DNA of 44,098 nucleotides from a virus (IMGVR_UViG_3300028586_000770:1-44098), one strand, 5' to 3'. Positions 34,997 through 43,283 are shown, counted from the stretch's first letter. Made by a program: numbers and translations. Notes: generated from the letters alone by a model not told the origin.

Positions 34997-36763
34997 TTAT
35001 GCTGTGTATGTTATTCCTATCTTTTTAGCACGCTCAATGAAAATATTGACCAGCTGCTGCATATACTCTGCAGGAAGGTTTTTGCTAACGTAATCCTCAA
35101 GCTGTGCCAGTGGCATGTCGCCTGCAAAATGTTTTTTAACGGCGGCATCAAGCTTGCGCCTGTCGCTGTTGCGTGCTTTCCGCTTTTGGGTGTTTACTTC
35201 GGCACGGCGCTTTAATTGCGAGTCAGCATCAATTTTCTGTTGTAGCTTTTGGTAATGTTCATCCCAAAATTTGTATGTGGTTTCAAAGCGCACACCCTCC
35301 CGGTCATGGGTGTTTAGGTAAAATGACGGGTATTGCGGGGTACCTTTTGCAGGATCTTTGCGGCGGCGGGCTTCAAACCAGTTGCGGGCCTTGTTTATGC
35401 GCCAGATATATTCATCGAAGTAGCTGAAAATTGTAGCCTTGGTGTAGGTTAGGCCACCAGGGGTTTTGAATTTATTTTTCATCCAGTTTTCATAGGCTTT
35501 CTCCCATTCTACCCGGTAGATATCGCGGCGGCCATGGTACAACTGGCCGGCAATAATTTTTAGGATCATCTGTACAAACAGCGCTTTAAATTGCTCGTTA
35601 CTCAGGCTTGCACCCCTGATGCTTTCGCGGCGAAGTACCTCAATATCAAATGGCCGGTAATCATCATACATGCCATTGGCCAGATTACTAGCGAACTCGT
35701 AGGGCAGCTCAATTTCATTGCGAAGTGCCTCACTTTCTGAAAATTTAACATTTTCGGCCGCGGCCCCCGGTGAATCTGACCCTGCTTTTGCGACCTTGCT
35801 GAGCGGGGTGACCCCGTTGCTCTTGCCTATATCGACAGGCATCTGCGCACTGCCCTTTGCCGATGGCCCGCCGTGTTCTTGTGACTGAGCGGCAGGCTCG
35901 GCCTGCACCTTATCAACAGAAACCGTTTCCTGCGGTTTCCTCTTTTTATCTCTTTTAAGTGATCTTGAAGAGACAAAATTATCCTGCAACTCTTTGCTAT
36001 TTCCCAAGCTAAGGGCGTGATTTTCAAGCGCTGTTTTTTTCGGGGCGTTGGCATCAAAAACCACGAGGATTTCAGGGCTTATGCGCACATGTACGCCGCA
36101 ATTACTGCCACGGTATACATAATCAGTAAGTACGCCTTTACGTTCGAAAATTTGCCTCTGTGCGCGTACTGTGGCCGTGCAAACATCTACGCTGTAAACA
36201 TCTTCCTCACGTTTCATTTTTGTAATGTTCCGGGCGTTCAGGTCTATAGGTGGCAGGGGTTCCAATACCCGCGTGGGGTAATTTTCGCGCAGGGTATTTC
36301 TCTCTTCTAATTGCTTAGAGTACATGTACAGCATGGCACTAAATGTCTGCTCGTAGGCATATATCAAATACTGCTCTCGCTGCATTTTTATGATAGGGCC
36401 ATACAAGTCGCATGCTTTCTGCGCTGCTTCATTATATTCTATTACGCTCAGGTCTTTATTAAGGCCGGCAAATTGAATGCTGTAGGCAATCTTTGCAGGA
36501 TCTGTTTCTATGGCCAGATGCGCCTTAACGGTTTTGTTGTGGGTGATAACTTCTTTGTTGTACTGCTTTACCATAGCCCTGTCCTGGGCTGCAACACGCC
36601 GGTAATTTGTCATAGAGGCGGCAAAATCAATACGCGGTTTAAAACCTTTAAATTCGGGTTTCTTTGGCTGTTCCGTACCCACAACCGGCACTCTGCCTAT
36701 GTGGCCAAGAACGCCGTAAACTGATGGGTGTACAGGCAGTTTTGAGGGGTTAAGCTGATTCAT
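34997..36763 (-). CDS. Putative replication initiator
   Basis: Largest early gene (588 aa); wHTH-like VCTATVRAQRQIFERKGVL followed by a low-complexity linker, as in O-type initiators. Confidence 0.55.
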   Translation of the reverse strand: MNQLNPSKLPVHPSVYGVLGHIGRVPVVGTEQPKKPEFKGFKPRIDFAASMTNYRRVAAQDRAMVKQYNKEVITHNKTVKAHLAIETDPAKIAYSIQFAGLNKDLSVIEYNEAAQKACDLYGPIIKMQREQYLIYAYEQTFSAMLYMYSKQLEERNTLRENYPTRVLEPLPPIDLNARNITKMKREEDVYSVDVCTATVRAQRQIFERKGVLTDYVYRGSNCGVHVRISPEILVVFDANAPKKTALENHALSLGNSKELQDNFVSSRSLKRDKKRKPQETVSVDKVQAEPAAQSQEHGGPSAKGSAQMPVDIGKSNGVTPLSKVAKAGSDSPGAAAENVKFSESEALRNEIELPYEFASNLANGMYDDYRPFDIEVLRRESIRGASLSNEQFKALFVQMILKIIAGQLYHGRRDIYRVEWEKAYENWMKNKFKTPGGLTYTKATIFSYFDEYIWRINKARNWFEARRRKDPAKGTPQYPSFYLNTHDREGVRFETTYKFWDEHYQKLQQKIDADSQLKRRAEVNTQKRKARNSDRRKLDAAVKKHFAGDMPLAQLEDYVSKNLPAEYMQQLVNIFIERAKKIGITYTA

Positions 36764-37032
36764 ACCGTAATGCGTTTAGCAATTGCAGTTATTAGATCAT
36801 CCGTGTAATGGCCGGTACTTTGCTCACGCCTTATTACTGCAGTAATTTCATAAAATATCTCTTTGGTGTGGCCGTCTGGCTGTTTTGCCATTCCCATTTT
36901 TATGCGGTCACCCGGCAGTACCTTCTGTTCAAAGTATACCTCAAATTTAATTTCGGGAGTTCCGGCCCAGGGCAAATTTGATGCCGTAGGGGGCTTTAAC
37001 CAAGTGTCTATAATGTTGCTATTAACGTCCAT
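36760..37032 (-). CDS. Small beta-barrel-like hypothetical protein
   Basis: 90 aa, LPGDRI...FYEITAV, coupled to the initiator gene. Confidence 0.6.
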   Translation of the reverse strand: MDVNSNIIDTWLKPPTASNLPWAGTPEIKFEVYFEQKVLPGDRIKMGMAKQPDGHTKEIFYEITAVIRREQSTGHYTDDLITAIAKRITV

Positions 37033-37140
37033 AATGTTATCTTTTTATTCCCCTTGTCACCTTTCCGAAACGGGCAAAGAAAGTCTTGCCCGGTTCATCC
37101 AGGAATTTAAGCAACTTGCGTCGCGGGGTATGTTTGTTAG

Positions 37141-37213
37141 TAGCAGGAGCGGGATTCGAACCCACATATTACAGAAAGCCCTCTGCACGCTTTACCTATC
37201 AGCGCACCCTGCT
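37141..37213 (-). ncRNA. tRNA-like element with an aberrant 6-nt anticodon loop
   Basis: AGCAGGG/TCCTGCT acceptor, CGCT/AGCG D stem, GCAGA-GGGCTT-TCTGT arm, GTGGG-TTCGAAT-CCCGC T arm. Confidence 0.7.
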
Positions 37214-37284
37214 CCAACCGATTTATCGGTGTCATTTCAAAAAACTAATAAAACAGAATGGCCCCCCCTCTGTGTGGGTTTACG

Positions 37285-37539
37285 TTAGGTATTAATTATG
37301 TTGCGGCGCCCACCGGTAAGCTGGCCGCGCAATCGAGCCTTTTCGGCTTCGCTTAATTCATGTTTTGGAGCCTTGCGGCCCCCGCCCCCGGAGTCTCCCA
37401 ATTCCTTGAGGGCGGTGGTTGCTTCACTTTTGAGATGAGTAGCGGTATTTAAAAGTTGAGTGGCAAGCTCTATGCAGCTGTCTGCAGTGGCGGCCAATCG
37501 TGTATATTTTGCTTTTTCTTTTGCTATATTCATAATCAC
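37285..37539 (-). CDS. Small coiled-coil basic protein between the two tRNA-like elements
   Basis: 84 aa. Confidence 0.6.
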   Translation of the reverse strand: MIMNIAKEKAKYTRLAATADSCIELATQLLNTATHLKSEATTALKELGDSGGGGRKAPKHELSEAEKARLRGQLTGGRRNIINT

Positions 37540-37552
37540 AGCATTTCATTTG

Positions 37553-37618
37553 TAGCGGGGGAGGGGCTCGAACCCCCCAGGAACTCGTTACCTGTAGCTT
37601 TCTAATAACTACCCTGCT
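37553..37618 (-). ncRNA. Shrunken tRNA-like element (~66 nt)
   Basis: AGCAGGG/CCCCGCT acceptor (one mismatch), short D arm, CAGG-9nt-CCTG arm, GGGGG-TTCGAGC-CCCTC T arm, no variable loop. Confidence 0.6.
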
Positions 37619-37689
37619 GTCCAACTATTAACCTAAAAAATCTGTCCGCTACTTTTCCGGACTGGCCAAACTAGTATAAAAGCGAATTG

Positions 37690-38229
37690 TTATGCGTTAA
37701 CTGCCCCGCCACCGTGGCCCCACTGCCCAAAACGCCTGCGGGGTTGTGGTACCCATTGCACACGTAAAGGGGCGGGGGGTGGTATGCCAAGGCTTTTGCC
37801 AAGGGTTGTAATTTGTTCAATGGCCGTGTCTGTAATGGCCGTAACTTTTGCCAGGCAGTGGGTGTAGTACCTGTTAAGGATATCTTTGTCTTTATCTGTA
37901 AAATTTCCTGATGTTTTAAGCCGTGCCTGCTGCTGCTCTATCCTGAGGGCGCGCACTTCTGCGGCTGTGTGCAGCTGCTCTATATCGTGCATTTTTTGTA
38001 TAAGGCCTGCAGCTGCAAAATAGGTCAGGCCAGTGGCTGCACAGTCGGCTATCGTAAGGCATATTGTTACAGCCTCCTGTAAGCCCTGAGTAGTACACTC
38101 CAGCTTGTGTGCGTTCATGACGGCTTTAATGTTTTGTGTGGCTTTATTTACCAGTAAATGCCATTGAGTAGGGAAGTCTGACTGCAATTGTAGCAGCGCA
38201 CGTTCCAGTGTAGGTAGTTGCTTTTTCAT
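37690..38229 (-). CDS. Early-operon helical hypothetical protein
   Basis: 179 aa, ATGA-coupled. Confidence 0.65.
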   Translation of the reverse strand: MKKQLPTLERALLQLQSDFPTQWHLLVNKATQNIKAVMNAHKLECTTQGLQEAVTICLTIADCAATGLTYFAAAGLIQKMHDIEQLHTAAEVRALRIEQQQARLKTSGNFTDKDKDILNRYYTHCLAKVTAITDTAIEQITTLGKSLGIPPPAPLRVQWVPQPRRRFGQWGHGGGAVNA

Positions 38230-38432
38230 TGCGCTATAATTACAGTTAATAGAAAAAGAACAGTAGATGTTAGTAGTACTAAAAACCAGATGGCCGCCGA
38301 TACTGACGTGTTGTGTGCCTCCTGCAAATCATCCGCCTTAATGCGCAGCCTTACGTAGTACAGGAACATGATAAATGATAAAGGTATGATTGCCGCTGAT
38401 GCATAATACAGCGCTATTATTAAGTTTTCCAT
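38226..38432 (-). CDS. Two-TM membrane protein
   Basis: 68 aa, two hydrophobic helices. Confidence 0.65.
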   Translation of the reverse strand: MENLIIALYYASAAIIPLSFIMFLYYVRLRIKADDLQEAHNTSVSAAIWFLVLLTSTVLFLLTVIIAQ

Positions 38433-38435
38433 AGC

Positions 38436-39029
38436 TTACTGTATTACTTTATGTTTCATGGCCTTGCGCACAAAGCCGGCTTTGTTTTTAACTCCTGCAG
38501 CTATAAATAGGTTTTGCTTATGGGTATTAAGCGTGCTGTGTGCCATATTAAGATCGTTAGCAATAGCTTTATCCGGCTTATCGCTTGCTAATGCCTGGCT
38601 AATTTTTACCTGGTGCGGTGTAAGCTTGTGGCCATTTAGCATAATGCATTTACTTTTCCATGCAAGGCAGCGGCAGTTGGCGCTACACCTAAAGTTTTCT
38701 GAAGGGGCGGCAGCACCGTTGGCTAAAAAATCGGGAGTGCTATCAGCATCACCATACATGCAAAAAGCAAATTCCTCCAGGGCAGCATCATGATCCATAT
38801 CGCGCAGGTCGTGCATAGCTGCAGGATCATTAAGCATGAGCTCAAAAATTTCAGCTTTTTGCGCCGGGTTAATTTGTGCAAATGGTATAGTGCGCCCGTT
38901 GCTCAGTGCAAATACCTTACGGGTTTCGCGAATGCCAAACAGTTCTGTACGATGATCGCCGGGAATTAAACCGGCAGGCAGTGAATGCACTTGCAAATCT
39001 TGTTTTTTTGTTTTACATTTGTCTTTCAT
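38436..39029 (-). CDS. LuxR-type HTH transcriptional regulator
   Basis: C-terminal LTPHQVKISQALASDKPDKAIANDLNMAHSTLNTHKQNL...GVKNK; Cys cluster before the HTH. Confidence 0.85.
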   Translation of the reverse strand: MKDKCKTKKQDLQVHSLPAGLIPGDHRTELFGIRETRKVFALSNGRTIPFAQINPAQKAEIFELMLNDPAAMHDLRDMDHDAALEEFAFCMYGDADSTPDFLANGAAAPSENFRCSANCRCLAWKSKCIMLNGHKLTPHQVKISQALASDKPDKAIANDLNMAHSTLNTHKQNLFIAAGVKNKAGFVRKAMKHKVIQ

Positions 39030-39087
39030 AAATTCTTAGTTAAAGGGATTTACTTTTAAGAACCTGATGTTCGCGCATCAGGTTTTT

Positions 39088-39729
39088 TTAATTTAAAGGA
39101 GTTACTGTGCAGGCTTTGCAATCACATTTACCGATGCTGCCAGGTAAATGAAATGATATTTGCAGGCGTTTACTATGATCCGCCTTGTGTTTGCTTTTGT
39201 GATCTTTTATGTTTTCTGCAGTTGTTTCTCGAACTAAATCAAGGATTTCTTTAGATGGAAGTCCATTGAATTTATCAATAAACTTATCTTGGAAATCATG
39301 GCCTACAGCTTTTATAACTTCTGAAATTGAACCGGCAAAAAATTCAGATGTGCGCTGTTTATCATAATGTAGGGTAATTGTATTTTGAGGATTAAAATGT
39401 CTTCGTCTCAAAAGATCAGTAAAGCTTTGCCCTGCGTTAGGAAAAGGCAATGGGGGAACTTCGATGCCTTCTTTACGCAAATCGTCTGCTAACTCCTGCA
39501 AAATGTCAAAGAAACCACCGCTTCTGGGTTTAAAATCAAAAGGCTTGCCTCTTTCGGCAGTCTCTTCAGCCTTTGTTTCATCTGCTTTTGCCGTTTGTGC
39601 TTTGTCTACCTGTTCCTGGTTAAAAGTCTCAAAAGGTTTAAGTTTACCTAATATATTGGCCCTTACATCACCAAATTTTAAATTCTCGTCATTTAAGACT
39701 GCTTCTAAATCTTCAATTTTTACGTACAT
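39088..39729 (-). CDS. Early hypothetical protein with C-terminal Cys cluster (CDCKAC)
   Basis: 213 aa; followed by hairpin AACCTGATG/CATCAGGTT (39061-39088). Confidence 0.65.
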   Translation of the reverse strand: MYVKIEDLEAVLNDENLKFGDVRANILGKLKPFETFNQEQVDKAQTAKADETKAEETAERGKPFDFKPRSGGFFDILQELADDLRKEGIEVPPLPFPNAGQSFTDLLRRRHFNPQNTITLHYDKQRTSEFFAGSISEVIKAVGHDFQDKFIDKFNGLPSKEILDLVRETTAENIKDHKSKHKADHSKRLQISFHLPGSIGKCDCKACTVTPLN

Positions 39730-39760
39730 AATATGGTTGTTTTAATTTTTCTATATTTGC

Positions 39761-39833
39761 AGTTCTCATTGTAAATTGATATTGGTTTAACAATTTTGAG
39801 AACTAACCCGGCAGAGCATGTGCCGGGTTTTTT
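39761..39833 (+). ncRNA. Putative sRNA of cassette B1
   Basis: TATATTTG 39752-39759; hairpin AGTTCTCA/TGAGAACT with ATTGGTTTAA near the loop; terminator AACCCGGCA/TGCCGGGTT + Ts. Confidence 0.7.
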
Positions 39834-39916
39834 ACTTTGTAAATGTTTTCTGTCATATGTCATAATTGATTAGGCCAAGTACATCTTTAGATTTGTCAGG
39901 TAAAACCCCAACTTTA

Positions 39917-40213
39917 ATGGATCAATCTGCAATCAATGATTTTAGAGATAACTGCAAAACTGTTTACAATTACTATCGCGTTAAAATGATCCGGAATACT
40001 CCATTCCTTCAGCCTAAATCAACCGTTAGCAGCCAACATTTCATTATTTTTTTCGCCTATCTTGAGGCAAGCATTTCCGACATGGATAAACTTGCAAATC
40101 CTCATTTATCTGATAATCCTCATTTACAGGACCAGCTTGATGCTGTAATTTATTCCTACATTATTAAGTACAATTCGATTTCTGCATTGCTGAGAAGGCG
40201 CTTTAAAAAATAG
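39917..40213 (+). CDS. Small helical protein, paralog B1 (98 aa)
   Basis: Own TAGATTTG box at 39888-39895 favours ATG 39917; similar to 40404-40676. Confidence 0.72.
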   Translation: MDQSAINDFRDNCKTVYNYYRVKMIRNTPFLQPKSTVSSQHFIIFFAYLEASISDMDKLANPHLSDNPHLQDQLDAVIYSYIIKYNSISALLRRRFKK

Positions 40214-40268
40214 TTTCAATTAAACTCTACTTTATTTATTCAATTTTTAATTATTGCTATATTTGCCG

Positions 40269-40344
40269 CACTCATACGTTATAGTAAAAGAGTTAGTCAC
40301 CTTTTCATTGAGTATACGCCCAGCAATTAACCGCTGGGTTTTTT
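40269..40344 (+). ncRNA. Putative sRNA of cassette B2
   Basis: TATATTTG 40258-40265; hairpin ACTCA/TGAGT; terminator CCCAGC/GCTGGG + T6. Confidence 0.65.
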
Positions 40345-40403
40345 ATAACTATTTGTGCATTATATGTAAGCTTAACTTAATAATTTAAGCTTACTTTTAT
40401 AAC

Positions 40404-40676
40404 ATGTTTACAGACAAGAAAACCATCGAATTCTTTACGGATAGGTGCCTCATCATTTACAGCGCCTGGAAACTGGAAATTGTCAAAATACAACAGCGGG
40501 ATTTATCATATTACAATGAAAATAAAAGTGTCATTGTGTTTAAATGTAAAGAGGCAGCTCGTGATAAAATGGATGTTGTTGCAGAAGAAATTTTGACTAC
40601 TAAACCCCATCTTGAAGACTCTCTTATTACTATTATGCACTGCTATTTGAAAAGATTTGATTTGGCATCTAAATAA
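40404..40676 (+). CDS. Small helical protein, paralog B2 (90 aa)
   Basis: Shares F.D.C...Y and EA....MD..A...L...PHL.D.L with B1. Confidence 0.72.
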   Translation: MFTDKKTIEFFTDRCLIIYSAWKLEIVKIQQRDLSYYNENKSVIVFKCKEAARDKMDVVAEEILTTKPHLEDSLITIMHCYLKRFDLASK

Positions 40677-40694
40677 ACTACCGATATCTAAAAC

Positions 40695-40955
40695 TTAGTC
40701 GGGTGGTATAGGCACGCCCAGTTCTGGAGCGTCAATAAATATTCTCTTAACATTTTCTGTATACACCTCAAAAATAACTTCCTCAACTTCCGGCGCATGG
40801 CGTTCCCCACCCAGGATAAGGCTCAAATGCTGCTTGTTGTGTGGTGTGCCGTTCCTGTTAACAATACCCCGTTCATTGAGTTTCGCCTTAATTACATCAT
40901 AATAGTTTGAGCCTAATCCTCTCTTTAACTTTTCAGGTACTCCATATGGTATCAT
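40695..40955 (-). CDS. Cro-like HTH protein
   Basis: 86 aa, KQHLSLILGGERH recognition-helix pattern; divergent from the repressor. Confidence 0.6.
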   Translation of the reverse strand: MIPYGVPEKLKRGLGSNYYDVIKAKLNERGIVNRNGTPHNKQHLSLILGGERHAPEVEEVIFEVYTENVKRIFIDAPELGVPIPPD

Positions 40956-41096
40956 GTGATTTAATTTAAATTTTTATTCATACAATAAAGCATTGACGTT
41001 CAGTTAATGGCATACTTTTCCCGCATCGTTAAAAACGATACATAACTGCTATTTACTGTTACACTTATTTGACTATCTTTGTTTTTAAGTACACAA

Positions 41097-41150
41097 CAAA
41101 TCTAACACAAATTTGTGTAAGTTTCACAAAACTGTGCAAATATTTTACAC
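41097..41150. promoter_or_regulatory. Lysis/lysogeny switch: leftward -7 box and tandem CACA-N4-TGTG operators
   Basis: Minus-strand TAGATTTG at 41097-41104; perfect palindrome ACACAAATTTGTGT 41105-41118; CACAAAACTGTG 41125-41136. Confidence 0.7.
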
Positions 41151-41154
41151 AGAA

Positions 41155-41520
41155 ATGGGAGAAATTGGGGATAGGCTGAATTTATTTATTGATAATCAGC
41201 AGATTAGTTTTAACGATTTAGGAGAAAAAATTGGTGTAGCCGGCAAATCTTTGAAAGAAATGTCCCAAAATAAGAGGCCACTTGGAGGTAATGTGCTCAA
41301 AAAATTGGGTGAGGTTTACCCAGATTTGAGCCTTAATTGGCTTTTTTTAGGTGTAGGTGATATGTATCTACACAAAAATGAGCCACAGAAAAATGTGCAA
41401 ATGGTAGCTGAGCCGACGGTTCATCTGTATGATACTTTGGATCCAGTGGAAGAAATGTTCTTAAAGTATCTGGATAGACCCATGGTACAGGAAAAAATTA
41501 AATCGTTTTTAAAGAAGTAA
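41155..41520 (+). CDS. CI-like XRE-family repressor (no S24 peptidase domain)
   Basis: IGDRL...ISFNDLGEKIGV HTH and YPDLSLNWLFLGVGDM motif; ATG 41155 preferred. Confidence 0.82.
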   Translation: MGEIGDRLNLFIDNQQISFNDLGEKIGVAGKSLKEMSQNKRPLGGNVLKKLGEVYPDLSLNWLFLGVGDMYLHKNEPQKNVQMVAEPTVHLYDTLDPVEEMFLKYLDRPMVQEKIKSFLKK

Positions 41521-41542
41521 CCAATAAACACCAAATTATAAA

Positions 41543-41728
41543 ATGAGGAAAATTTTACTTATTGCTCTCTTTGCAATTGCTGGCCTCTCATGTGGTAGTG
41601 ATGATAGTGGCGGGGGCTGTGGTTCTCATAATGGTAAATCATTACAAAAAGGGCCAGACGGAGGTTGCTATTATATCAACTCATCAGGGAATAAGTCTTA
41701 TGTGGACCGATCTGAATGTAAATGTTAA
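41543..41728 (+). CDS. Small lipoprotein with PBCV basic-adaptor-like motif
   Basis: Lipobox AGLSC; GPDGGCYYINSSGNKSYV. Confidence 0.75.
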   Translation: MRKILLIALFAIAGLSCGSDDSGGGCGSHNGKSLQKGPDGGCYYINSSGNKSYVDRSECKC

Positions 41729-41743
41729 TCTAAAAAGCTTCAA

Positions 41744-42253
41744 ATGTCATTATTAAAAGGTTTCATAAGGTCAGCGGTCAATCAGGTTGGCCGCGACGGA
41801 GGGAGGGTTATAAGCAATTCGGTTTACGGCAATGCGCACTCGGCACCAGTAAGTATAAATCATGAATCGGGCGAAACTGGGCATTCAAATCAAAATAGTG
41901 CTACAGCGCATTTGATTAAGGATAAAGAATATGTGGCTGTAAAGCTTTTTTGGTGTGCTATAATCTCGTGGATAATACCTATGGGTGGAGGATTATTTTT
42001 TATATACTGGGGTATTGCAACAATTACAGCTAAAACAATGAAAATGTATAGTGTTACTTCAAGACCTGCGTACGTTGCCGATAGACGATATGCATCAGGG
42101 CAGCGACCGGTTGGTAATAAACAAGTACGTACCGAGGTAAAGGTTGAAGTTGATGAGGAACAGAAGCACCGAAACAAACTTAAAGGTATAGGTTATATTC
42201 TCATTGGCGCTTTAGGCTTTTATACCTGGGCTAATATGTGGTTTATAAAATAA
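41744..42253 (+). CDS. Membrane protein, probably lysogen-expressed
   Basis: 169 aa, three TM segments, downstream of the repressor. Confidence 0.7.
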   Translation: MSLLKGFIRSAVNQVGRDGGRVISNSVYGNAHSAPVSINHESGETGHSNQNSATAHLIKDKEYVAVKLFWCAIISWIIPMGGGLFFIYWGIATITAKTMKMYSVTSRPAYVADRRYASGQRPVGNKQVRTEVKVEVDEEQKHRNKLKGIGYILIGALGFYTWANMWFIK

Positions 42254-42430
42254 ACACCAAAATCTCTTAAGAGCTCAATAAAACAAGGCATTCGCGTAAA
42301 ATTACTGCCGTCATGGTAGCAAAGCAAAAAAGGATGTTGTGTACTATTACACAAACAACTTTTTTAGTATCTTTGTGTATAATTAAAATATACAAGATTT
42401 CAGTTTATCCTGTAAATATATTTAATGCAC

Positions 42431-42577
42431 ATGGAAACTAAAGTAACAAATAAGACCGCAATTGATAAAGTAAACAAGATTTTGGAAGACAAAAGAATTG
42501 TTCAGGCTTTCTTACGCGGTGAAATTTCTATTGATGTATTACATGAAAGAGGACTTAAACTTGCAATGCCCATATAA
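42431..42577 (+). CDS. 48-aa protein overlapping the downstream gene (antitoxin-like position)
   Basis: Own translation METKVTNKTAIDKVNKILEDKRIVQAFLRGEISIDVLHERGLKLAMPI. Confidence 0.65.
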   Translation: METKVTNKTAIDKVNKILEDKRIVQAFLRGEISIDVLHERGLKLAMPI

Positions 42578-43055
42578 GGTTACTAAACAGCCTAAGGATT
42601 CTACTTATTATTTCACTACGATATCAGGCATTATATATCGAGCGATATTTATAAAATACGGAGAGCTATTTAAAGGGACAGTGGGAGAAATATTCGCTGA
42701 TAATGTTTACATGTTCAATATTGAAAATGTAACTCCTGTAATTAAGCTGCCCTCTCGTGATCCGGGTATATTTTTAACCGTTGAATGTATTATAGAGCAC
42801 TTTTTCACCAATCCGGACAACATTTTAATTTACGTATGTGACGTTGCAGACAAAAGGGAACTCGCAAGGAGTAGAATGTTTAACTGGTGGTACCTTCGTG
42901 CTAAAAACAAATCTAATTATATAAAGGTTGCCGATACGATAATCACTGATGATGCCGATATGTATAGTGCGGTCATTTTTAAAAAAGATAATGCTTTTAA
43001 CGCAGAGATTATCAAAGCCTGTAATGACCTTAATGCACAATTGAAAAAGGATTAA
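42561..43055 (+). CDS. DUF6169-like protein
   Basis: YYFTTISGIIY...LIYVCDVADKRELARSRMFNWWY recalled as this Bacteroidota family; TTG 42561 is the likely start. Confidence 0.65.
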   Translation: MQCPYKVTKQPKDSTYYFTTISGIIYRAIFIKYGELFKGTVGEIFADNVYMFNIENVTPVIKLPSRDPGIFLTVECIIEHFFTNPDNILIYVCDVADKRELARSRMFNWWYLRAKNKSNYIKVADTIITDDADMYSAVIFKKDNAFNAEIIKACNDLNAQLKKD

Positions 43056-43236
43056 TACTAAAAATATATAGTGAAAATTTACTCTTAGCCCAATAAAATA
43101 AGGCATTCGCGTAAAATTACTGCCGTCATGGTCAATAAATATAAATAATACGAATATTAATAATTTTTGCAGATTTACAAAAGGTGTATTTACCTGATTA
43201 TCAATACTAAAATATTACAGTGGGGTAGGGGCGAAA

Positions 43237-43283
43237 GATTCATAACCCTGAGGTCACGGGTTCAACTCCCGTCTTCGCTACAA
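43237..43283 (+). other. att core: duplicated 3' half of tRNA-Met(CAT)
   Basis: GATTCATAACCCTGAGGTCACGGGTTCAACTCCCGTCTTCGCTACAA has anticodon loop, T arm and 3' acceptor strand, but no 5' half. Confidence 0.9.

Larger units (their letters stand above)
42276..43132. repeat. 42-bp direct repeats (42276-42317, 43091-43132; one mismatch) flanking a two-gene cassette
   Basis: CAATAAAA(C/T)AAGGCATTCGCGTAAAATTACTGCCGTCATGGT. Confidence 0.88.
1..43283. mobile_element. Temperate prophage (siphovirus-like, ~43 kb) integrated at a tRNA-Met gene; left att probably just upstream of the window
   Basis: Integrase at left end; head, tail, lysis, replication and repressor modules present; duplicated tRNA-Met 3' half at 43237-43283; tape measure present and no sheath gene seen. 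Confidence 0.93.

Noticed and set aside
35750-36060. Iteron-containing origin inside the initiator linker
   Set aside because: The position is plausible, but I could not see convincing repeated iterons
39866-39916. Upstream TTG starts given for 39866, 41113, 42498 and 27243
   Set aside because: Promoter boxes, operators or upstream genes occupy these extensions; downstream starts fit better
42276-43132. 42-bp repeat pair as a mini CRISPR array
   Set aside because: Only two copies, 773 bp apart with genes between them; no resemblance to Bacteroidota GTTG...CAAC repeats; no cas genes
43237-43283. Functional tRNA-Met gene
   Set aside because: The 5' acceptor strand and D arm are missing; this is the att duplication
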